A DNA stretch of 64,000 nt. It comes from an uncultured Desulfarculus sp. (GTDB lineage Bacteria; Desulfobacterota; Desulfarculia; Desulfarculales; Desulfarculaceae). The position numbers were made by a program, and so were the translations under genes. Shown here piece after piece: positions 56,924 through 64,000 of the stretch; the stretch's first letter is position 1, and each line of letters starts with the position of its first letter. The DNA is taken from assembly GCA_963665125.2 (NCBI GenBank), contig CAXXUK010000001.1, forward strand, positions 1,824,001 through 1,888,000, written 5' to 3'. Under the pieces are notes generated by a model. That model saw only the letters and a list, made by a program, of their open reading frames with translations. It searched no databases and was not told where the DNA came from.

Positions 56924-58219
56924 ATGCGCAAAATGCAACGTCTGAAACAAGCCATCTCCCTGGGCCTCGTCATGGCCATGGTCCTGGTCTCGGCCTGTGT
57001 GAAAAACCCGGTCACCGGACAGGACGATTTTTCCCTGATGAGCGTGCCCCAGGAACTGTCTCTGGGCCAGGAACTGTACCCAAAATACACCCAACAGTCC
57101 AACGGCCTGCCGGCCAGTGATCCCGGTCTGCAATCCTATGTCAGTCAAGTGGGCCAGTGGGTGGCCAAAAACAGCCACCGCCCGGACATCCCTTGGGAAT
57201 TCAACGTGGTAAACAGCAGCGACATCAACGCCTATGCCCTACCCGGCGGCAAGATTTCAGTGACAAGGGGTTTGGTCAACAAGTTTAAAAACGAAGATCA
57301 ACTGGCCTTTGTGTTGGGCCATGAGGTGGGCCACGTGGCCGCCCGCCACTCGGCGGCCCACTACACCAAGGGCGTTGTCGTCTCCCTGGTGGTGGCCGGG
57401 GTTGGGGTGGCCCTCGCCGACAGCGACTACCGCCAACTTGGCGAAATGGCCGCCGTATTGGGCGGGGCCATGTTGTTGGCCAGCTACAGCCGCGACCAGG
57501 AGCGTCAAGCCGACGCCTTGGGCCTGGAATACATAACCAAGGCGGGCTACAACCCAAACGCCGCCGCTGACGTGCAGGAGATTTTACTGAGCCTGCACAA
57601 AGAAGATCCGAACCTGGTGGAGCGGCTTTTCGCTTCGCACCCAATGAGCCAGGAGCGTCTGCAGAACGTCAAGGACCAGACCAACACAGAATTCGGTTGG
57701 GCCACGGCGCGAAGGTATAAAAAGGAGCCGTTCGTCAGGGCGACGGCTCTCCAGGCCAGGCGCAAAGCCGCCTACAATGCCATGGACAAGGGTGATGAAC
57801 TGTTCGCCAAAAAGCAATATTCCGCCGCGGCCGCCCAGTACCAAAAGGCCTCTACCTCCTTTCCCCAGGAAGGCTTGTTCCAGTCCCGGCTGGCCAAGGC
57901 CGAGTTGAAGATGGGCCGCAACAGCGACGCCCTGACCCACGCCAAGCAGGGCGCCAGGCTGCGTCCGGACCTGTTCGAAACCCACATGATCCTCGGGGCC
58001 ACCTATCAGGTGAACCACCTCTACCAAAAAGCCACCGTGGAGCACCAACGCTCGGACAAACTGCTGCCCACGGCCCTCAACAGCTATATGATGGCCACCG
58101 CTTTTGACAAGATGGGCCAAAGCAGCCAGGCCTCCCGGCAGTATCGGAGAGTGACGGAAATGGCGCCGGACAGCCAGTTGGGGCGTGCCTCCAAGGTGCG
58201 GCTGATGCAGCTAAAATAA
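56924..58219 (+). CDS. M48 metalloprotease lipoprotein with TPR (BepA/YfgC-like)
   Basis: Lipobox VSAC-VKNPVTG, INAYALPGG, HEVGH, YSRDQERQAD, SHP. Confidence 0.92.
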   Translation: MRKMQRLKQAISLGLVMAMVLVSACVKNPVTGQDDFSLMSVPQELSLGQELYPKYTQQSNGLPASDPGLQSYVSQVGQWVAKNSHRPDIPWEFNVVNSSDINAYALPGGKISVTRGLVNKFKNEDQLAFVLGHEVGHVAARHSAAHYTKGVVVSLVVAGVGVALADSDYRQLGEMAAVLGGAMLLASYSRDQERQADALGLEYITKAGYNPNAAADVQEILLSLHKEDPNLVERLFASHPMSQERLQNVKDQTNTEFGWATARRYKKEPFVRATALQARRKAAYNAMDKGDELFAKKQYSAAAAQYQKASTSFPQEGLFQSRLAKAELKMGRNSDALTHAKQGARLRPDLFETHMILGATYQVNHLYQKATVEHQRSDKLLPTALNSYMMATAFDKMGQSSQASRQYRRVTEMAPDSQLGRASKVRLMQLK

Positions 58220-58224
58220 CAGCT

Positions 58225-58620
58225 CTAGCGCATTTGCAGACGCCCGGCGGCCATGGGCCACAGGAGCATGGTCAAGGGCACCATGGGCCATAGCCGCCCC
58301 TCAAAGACATCGTATCCGGCCATCAGCGCGGGCCAATCCTTACCCATGGCAAAATGGCCCACGCCCAGTTCAAGGGTCAGCGACATCACGGCCCAGGCCA
58401 GGCCCAAAATAAACAATTGGCCCAGGAGGAGGCGGCCTGCCCAACGAACGAACCCGGTGATCATGGCCATGATGTTCAAGCATATCAACACAGTGATCAG
58501 GCTGTGGGAAATCTCAGAGCCGATCAATTGGTCCAGGACAGCCGCGCCAAAGGTCTGAAACAAGGCCATGACGGCCATGAAACCCAACCAGGCCAAGGCT
58601 GCCGTGATATAGACCACCAC
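58225..58620 (-). CDS. Small membrane protein
   Basis: Four hydrophobic segments; Y...GRLWP motif; SD before start. Confidence 0.65.
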   Translation of the reverse strand: MVVYITAALAWLGFMAVMALFQTFGAAVLDQLIGSEISHSLITVLICLNIMAMITGFVRWAGRLLLGQLFILGLAWAVMSLTLELGVGHFAMGKDWPALMAGYDVFEGRLWPMVPLTMLLWPMAAGRLQMR

Positions 58621-58631
58621 CGGCCCCCTCG

Positions 58632-60245
58632 CTAGTGATAGGCCGGAACGCTGGGGAACCGGCTGGTGTCGGTGTGAGGGATGAAGCGCGCGGCCGAGAA
58701 ACGGTTCATCAGCATCTGGTTCACGTTGAGTTCCAGATAGGTCAGTTTGTCCACGATGGCTTCCACCTGGGGCCTAGTTTCCGGCTCCAGCAGCAGGCGC
58801 TGGCAGCCCCGCAAAGAGCTATTGCCAAGGGGAATGAACTTGTCCCGGGGCAGGTCCGGCAGCATGCCCAGGGTGATGGCCGTGTCCGGGTCGATGACGT
58901 TGCCGAAGGCCCCGGCCACGAAAAACGCCGAGAGCATCTCGAACTCCAGGCCCACTTCCAAAAGCACCGTGCGCAGGATGGTGTACATGGCCGCCTTGGA
59001 ACGGATCAGGATATCGATTTCTATCTCGTCGATGGCGATTGGTTCGCCGCTTTCCGATTCTTCGGCCGTGGCCACCATGTAATTTTTAACGCCGTCTTCA
59101 TCAATGAAAACGCGGTAATGGTCCTCCAGGATCAGTTTGCCGCGCATGTCCATGATCCTGGTCAAATACATTTGGGCCAAAAGCTGTAACAGGCCCGAGC
59201 CGCACAGGCCCTTGGCCTTGGGGATGCTGCCGTCGGCGTCGGGGATGATCTTCAGGGTTGGCTCATAGGTATGGGCATCGATGCTCACGCCCTCGATGGC
59301 GCCGGGCTGGGCCAGGATGCCCCGCTTGGCCACGCCGCTCTCCAGGGCCGGTCCGGCCGCTCCGGCGCAGGCTATGAGCCAGTCGCGGTTGCCCAGGACC
59401 ACCTCGGCGTTGGTTCCCACATCCACCAGAATGGCCAGGTCTTCACGCTGGTGTAGACCCGCCGCCACGATGCCGGCCACCAGATCGCCGCCAAAGTATG
59501 AACCCACATTGGGCATGCACCACACAACGCAGCCTTGGCCCAAAGCCAGGCCTATGTCCACGGCGAAAAACGGCGCCGGCCGGTTGACCACCGGGATGTA
59601 GGGCTCCCGGCAGATGCTCTGGGTGTCCAGGCCCAGAAAGAAATGAGTCATTGTGGTATTGCCCGCGGCCACCATGCCCATGACCTCGGACGGCTGGCGG
59701 CCGGCCCGGGCGCACATGCCCCCGATGACTTTACCGGCCGCGTCCACCAGCATCCTGTGCAGATTCTCCGCGCCCTGGGGCGTGGCCGCCGCATGAATGC
59801 GAGTCAGGATGTCCGAACCAATTTCGGCCTGGGGATTCATCTTGGTGCCTTTGGCCAGTTCAGCGCCCGAGGCCAGATCGTGCAGTGTCGCCTGCAAATG
59901 GGTGGAGCCGATATCCAAAGCCACGCCCAGGCCTTGCCCCCCCCACAGGCCGGCGGGCACCTCGGCGGCCAAAGCCGCCGCTTCGGGCGTCACAGCAGAG
60001 GCGCCGGTGTCGCCGGGCTCCACGGCCACGATCACCGGACCCATCCGGCCCTGGGTTATGGTGGCGGTTACGTCGTATCCGGCCTCCCGGATGGCCCGGG
60101 CAAAGGGCCAGAGGCGGCCCACGGCAACATATGGCCACTGGCCCGTGGCGGCGCGCACGGCCTTACTTAGCCGGTCAATGGTCGCGGTGTTGTTTTTCAG
60201 GCTGGGCGGAGTAAGGCTCAGGTGCAGCTTTTGGCTTTCGGGCAT
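58632..60245 (-). CDS. ASKHA-domain ATP-dependent corrinoid reductive activator (RACo/DUF4445)
   Basis: DIGST, GSDILTRI, AGNTTM, DVGTNAE, AAGPALE, GLCGSG, AGAFGN, GNSSL. Confidence 0.9.
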   Translation of the reverse strand: MPESQKLHLSLTPPSLKNNTATIDRLSKAVRAATGQWPYVAVGRLWPFARAIREAGYDVTATITQGRMGPVIVAVEPGDTGASAVTPEAAALAAEVPAGLWGGQGLGVALDIGSTHLQATLHDLASGAELAKGTKMNPQAEIGSDILTRIHAAATPQGAENLHRMLVDAAGKVIGGMCARAGRQPSEVMGMVAAGNTTMTHFFLGLDTQSICREPYIPVVNRPAPFFAVDIGLALGQGCVVWCMPNVGSYFGGDLVAGIVAAGLHQREDLAILVDVGTNAEVVLGNRDWLIACAGAAGPALESGVAKRGILAQPGAIEGVSIDAHTYEPTLKIIPDADGSIPKAKGLCGSGLLQLLAQMYLTRIMDMRGKLILEDHYRVFIDEDGVKNYMVATAEESESGEPIAIDEIEIDILIRSKAAMYTILRTVLLEVGLEFEMLSAFFVAGAFGNVIDPDTAITLGMLPDLPRDKFIPLGNSSLRGCQRLLLEPETRPQVEAIVDKLTYLELNVNQMLMNRFSAARFIPHTDTSRFPSVPAYH

Positions 60246-60427
60246 TATCGGAAACCTCTTATGGATGTTTTTTGCAAATCATTGCAGCGTGGGGGCTGTT
60301 TGTCAAACAGGCATTGAATCGTTAAGGCTCTTGCGAATTGTCTGGCCGCCAATTAGCCGGTTTGCTACTTATTAAATAAGCGGATCACGAAATAAATACC
60401 GGTGTATACATAGGAGATGCTGTAGTC

Positions 60428-62551
60428 TTGCTATCCACCACTTTGGCAATAGGCGTTCTTTTAGGCCTGGGGTTCATCTGCGCCAAGGCCGCCCGGATGA
60501 TACGCCTTCCCTCGGTGACCGGTTATATCATCGCCGGACTGGCCCTGGGGCCTTCGGGCTTCAGGCTCATCACCCAACAAACAGTGGGCGCCAATCTTGA
60601 CTATTTCACCGAGCTGGCCTTGATGCTGGTCGCCTTTGGCATTGGCGAGCATCTGGAATGGAACAAGCTCAAACCAGCCCTGAAAAGCGTGACGTTGATC
60701 AGCATTTTTGAATCAGGACTGGCCTTTCTTTTAGTGGGCGCTGGCGTTTTCACGATTGCGAGCATCTCCGGTTCCGGACAGACCGGCTGGGCCGGCTCAG
60801 ATTACCTGGTGCTGGCCCTTTTGCTGGGGGCCATCTCCATTGCCACCGCCCCGGCGGCGACCATGATGGTCATGCGCGAATCCAAGGCCGCCGGACCTGT
60901 CAGCGACACTCTCATGGCCGTCGTGGCAGCCAACAACGGCCTGGCCATCACCTTTTTCGGCATGGCCCTAAGCGCCGCCAGGCAATTGGCCGGAGCCACG
61001 GGCGGCTCCCACACCATCGCTGTCCTGGCCAGTGTGTTTGAAATCCTCGGTTCATTGGTGTTGGGCGTCATCACCGGCCTGATTATCGACCTGGTCATCC
61101 ACAAACTCAGGCGCAGGGGCGACATGCTGACCTTTGGTCTCGCCTTGCTGCTGTTGTTGGACGCCGTGGCCGGCATGACCGGCCTTTCGCCTCTTTTGGC
61201 GGGCATGGCCGCCGGATGCGCCATCGTCAACCGCAACCGCCGTGACGTTCGGCTGTTCCGCACCCTCAACGACTTTGAGCCGCCGTTTTACATCCTGTTT
61301 TTCACCCTGGCCGGGGCGCACCTAGACATCGACTCCCTGGCCGTGGCCGGTTGGCTCTGTCTGGCCTATTTCGTCCTGCGCATGGCCGGCAAGGCCACGG
61401 GCTCCTACATCGGAGCCAGACTGGGCGGCGCCCCGGAGACGGTCCGGCGCTGGCTGGGCCTGGCCCTGATGCCCCAGGCGGGCATAGCCATCGGTCTGGT
61501 CTTTTTGATCCAAAGCGATTCTTCCCTGAGCAACTACGCCCGGCTGATCACGCCGGTGGTTCTGGGCAGCGTGTTCCTGGCCGAGGTAATCGGCCCGGCC
61601 GCGGCCAGATACGCCTTTGCCAAGGCTGGCGAGACCCCGGCCAGCCTGGAGCCCTCTCCCCCCACCCGTCATGACCAGGCCGAGACCACCGAGGCCGGCG
61701 GTTATAAGCTGGTGCCCTGGTCCTGGGGCCGGCTCGCCCCCCTGACCAAGTACCGGGGCACGATCATGTTCGTGCTGACGGATCTGGCGTCTTCGGCCGG
61801 TCTTGCCCGCATGGCGGCGATCATCGCCCATGGCATGCAGGCCAAACCACTGGCCCTCCGGCTGCAACATGACGGACCCCAGGCCAAGACCCTGGGCGTG
61901 CTTTCAACCGCTTCCGAACAGATCCGCAGCATGGGTTCGGAAATGCTCAGCGAGATATCCGATGAAGGCGAATTGCCTTTCGCCGTAGCCCACGCGGCCA
62001 AGGAGTACAATTCGTTGTTTGTCCTGGCGGCCCACCCGCCGGGAAACAGCCAGCGCGATTTTCACAGGACTTTGGACGAGTTGGTGGAAAAGGCCCCCTG
62101 TCCGGTAATCTCGGTCCGTTTCAGGGGGGTGATGCACACCGAGCGCATCCTGGTGCCCGTGGCCAGCCGGGCCGAGCTTCGGGCCGTGGGCGCGGTTGTC
62201 TGGGCCCTTTCAAAGGTGGGCATGCACCGCATCACCTTGATGACCATGCTGCCGTGCGTGGCCATTGAGGAAGAGCTGGAAGATGCAGAGGGCGATCTGC
62301 TGGAATGGGCCCGGGATGAAGGCCTCGGCCATTCCCTGCGCGCCCTGGCCGTGGGCACGGACAACAGGGTCCAGGCCATTGTGGAAGAGCTTGCCGAGCA
62401 TGATCTGTTGGTCATGCCGGTAATCCACCAAAGCGGCCTGCAGCGGTTCTTCACCGGTTCACTGGCCCACGACGTCGTGCAGCGTGCCAACAAGCCTATG
62501 CTGCTGGTCCATGAGGGCCGGGGAGCGAACCCCATGTCCATGCCCTTGTGA
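60428..62551 (+). CDS. Cation:proton antiporter (CPA2-like) with C-terminal USP domains
   Basis: LPSVTGYI.AG..LGP, ATAPAAT, FFTLAGA, PQAGIAIG; C-terminal ILVPV...GSLAHDVV...PMLLV. Confidence 0.88.
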   Translation: MLSTTLAIGVLLGLGFICAKAARMIRLPSVTGYIIAGLALGPSGFRLITQQTVGANLDYFTELALMLVAFGIGEHLEWNKLKPALKSVTLISIFESGLAFLLVGAGVFTIASISGSGQTGWAGSDYLVLALLLGAISIATAPAATMMVMRESKAAGPVSDTLMAVVAANNGLAITFFGMALSAARQLAGATGGSHTIAVLASVFEILGSLVLGVITGLIIDLVIHKLRRRGDMLTFGLALLLLLDAVAGMTGLSPLLAGMAAGCAIVNRNRRDVRLFRTLNDFEPPFYILFFTLAGAHLDIDSLAVAGWLCLAYFVLRMAGKATGSYIGARLGGAPETVRRWLGLALMPQAGIAIGLVFLIQSDSSLSNYARLITPVVLGSVFLAEVIGPAAARYAFAKAGETPASLEPSPPTRHDQAETTEAGGYKLVPWSWGRLAPLTKYRGTIMFVLTDLASSAGLARMAAIIAHGMQAKPLALRLQHDGPQAKTLGVLSTASEQIRSMGSEMLSEISDEGELPFAVAHAAKEYNSLFVLAAHPPGNSQRDFHRTLDELVEKAPCPVISVRFRGVMHTERILVPVASRAELRAVGAVVWALSKVGMHRITLMTMLPCVAIEEELEDAEGDLLEWARDEGLGHSLRALAVGTDNRVQAIVEELAEHDLLVMPVIHQSGLQRFFTGSLAHDVVQRANKPMLLVHEGRGANPMSMPL

Positions 62552-62866
62552 TCAGGCGGCCTTTATCGGCGCCACGAGGTTGCCGTGGGCCGGAGCCATT
62601 TCGGAGTTCCAATACTCCACGAAGGCCTTTATCCGGGCCTGGTCCAGGTCGGCCAGTTTCATGCCCTCGTAGACCAGCCAGCGGGCCAAGGCCTTGAACG
62701 GCTTGCCCGAGGCCTGGGCCTGCTCCATGATCTCGGCCGGCTCATAGTCAAAGACCATGATAATGGCGGCCTGGGCCGTGGCGGCCATGATGTCCCAATC
62801 ACCGTTGCCGCTCTCCAGCTCTTCGACTGCCGATTCCAGGTTTTTCCATGCGATGGCGCAATTCAT
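62552..62866 (-). CDS. Hypothetical 104-aa protein downstream of cobalamin riboswitch
   Basis: SD GGAGGA before ATG 62866; host-like codon usage. Confidence 0.75.
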   Translation of the reverse strand: MNCAIAWKNLESAVEELESGNGDWDIMAATAQAAIIMVFDYEPAEIMEQAQASGKPFKALARWLVYEGMKLADLDQARIKAFVEYWNSEMAPAHGNLVAPIKAA

Positions 62867-62876
62867 CGTATCCTCC

Positions 62877-62907
62877 AAAAAGCAAAACCGGCCCGATGTC
62901 AGGCCGG
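62877..62907 (-). terminator. Riboswitch-controlled intrinsic terminator
   Basis: Minus strand CCGGCCTGA-CA-TCGGGCCGG-TTTTGCTTTTT. Confidence 0.75.
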
Positions 62908-62992
62908 CGATTGCACCCTAATTCTTCATCGCCGGGAGCGTGATAGACCGCTCCCCCAAGGTTTGCGTCCACGCGAAAGCCTTGGCTAGCCA

Positions 62993-63220
62993 ACGGGTTG
63001 GCAGGTATTCTGACTTCCGGATCACCCCGGCGGCCATGCCTTCCCACCCCATTATGGGCAGTGGCTGGACGTTCAAACGCCCCCATGGCCGCGGTCCCCG
63101 GTTACAGCGGCGGGACCGTGACGGACTTGCACCGTCTTCCCTCTTGGCCCCTTTGCAGGCCGCCTTGCGGCGCCTTGAAAAACCACGGAGGTTTTTTCGC
63201 TTTCCAGGGGACCAACCCGT
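62993..63220 (-). ncRNA. Cobalamin (B12) riboswitch
   Basis: Minus strand: P1 ACGGGTTGGT/GCCAACCCGT, AAGAGGGAA-GACGGTGCAAGTCCGTC, CCCGCCGCTGTAA, AGCCACTG...TGGGAAGG, B12 box GTCAGAATACCTGCC. Confidence 0.93.
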
Positions 63221-63269
63221 ACAATAATTTTATAAACTCTACCACCGCCCCTTTGGCAAATCAATGAAA

Positions 63270-64000
63270 TCAGAGCAGGCTGGCGCCCATCTCGGCCACG
63301 TCCGAACGTTCGCCGCGTTTTAGGGTGACATGGCCGGAAAGCTCCGAGGCCTTGATGGCCTCAACCATCCGGGTCAGCCCGTTGCTGGCCGAATCCAGGT
63401 ACGGGTGGTCGATCTGCTCGATATCGCCGGTGAAGATTATCTTGGAGCCCTCGCCCACCCTGGTCAGCAGCGTCTTGATGGCGTGGGTGGTGCAGTTTTG
63501 GGCCTCGTCCACGATGATGAACTGCCGGGGGATGCTGCGGCCGCGGATATAGGTCAGGGCCTCCAGTTCCAGCTTGCCGGTGTAGCTCAGGTAGTCTTCC
63601 ACTTCCTGGTTTGGGTTCTTGTCAAAACCGGGGAAGCGCTTGTTGGCTCCGGGCATGGCGCCCAGGGGGCCTGTGTTCAATAGGAATTGCAGATTGTCAT
63701 AGATGGGCTGCATCCAGGGGCGCAGCTTTTCGCCCTTGTCGCCCGGCAGAAAACCAAGATCCTGGCCGTCCAGAGGTATCACCGGCCGGGTCACCAGCAG
63801 CTTGAAATACAGTTCCCGCTCCAGGGCCTGTTCCAGCCCGGCGGCCAAGGCCAGAAGGGTCTTGCCCGTGCCCGCCCCGCCGGCCAGGGTCACGACCTTG
63901 ACGTCGGGGTCCAGAAGCAGTTCCAAGGCGAATATCTGCTCCTTGTTGCGGGCCTGTAGACCAAAGCACTGTGGGTCGGATTTGGTCAACAGTGGTCTGA
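63270..64000 (-). CDS. PhoH-family ATPase (5' part outside window)
   Basis: RNKEQ, GGAGTGKT, LGFLPG, YIRGRS, DEAQN, TRVGEG, GDIEQID; frame open to window end. Confidence 0.92.
   Translation of the reverse strand, partial: RPLLTKSDPQCFGLQARNKEQIFALELLLDPDVKVVTLAGGAGTGKTLLALAAGLEQALERELYFKLLVTRPVIPLDGQDLGFLPGDKGEKLRPWMQPIYDNLQFLLNTGPLGAMPGANKRFPGFDKNPNQEVEDYLSYTGKLELEALTYIRGRSIPRQFIIVDEAQNCTTHAIKTLLTRVGEGSKIIFTGDIEQIDHPYLDSASNGLTRMVEAIKASELSGHVTLKRGERSDVAEMGASLL

Noticed and set aside
1..64000. CRISPR arrays, tRNA/rRNA, transposases, integrases, invertases or reverse transcriptase explaining flagellin variation
   Set aside because: None recognised in the window; the repeats are whole-gene duplications, not short spaced repeats

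Overview
GC-rich bacterial chromosome segment, most likely Desulfobacterota/deltaproteobacterial (inferred from the flagellin N-terminus type, the RACo gene and the fatty-acid ABC cluster). 1-8.8 kb: a tandem array of at least five flagellin genes (the first cut by the window edge). Each has a terminator, and the four complete copies each have a sigma28 promoter and a structured ~150-165 nt leader. 8.9-41.4 kb: a ~32 kb probable flagellin-glycosylation island of short, alternating-strand units, six of which carry canonical sigma54 (-24/-12) motifs. It encodes pseudaminic-acid enzymes (PseB, PseC, PseH-like, NeuB/PseI-like, PseF, Pse-associated methylase) but no recognisable PseG or Maf; a NUDIX hydrolase sits between pseH-like and pseF. 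It also encodes a second, atypical NeuB/NeuA module, two WbuX-HisH-HisF amidotransferase triads, a carbamoyltransferase, a radical SAM protein and seven glycosyltransferase-like proteins. One of these is a TPR protein that appears to be built from two GT-B half-domains. 42-64 kb: mostly core or ordinary genes (Liv-type ABC transporter plus acyl-CoA ligase, dnaX-ybaB-recR, omptin, M48 protease, RACo, cation/H+ antiporter, partial PhoH), and a cobalamin riboswitch controlling a small unknown protein. All calls come from reading motifs by eye; no database searches were run.
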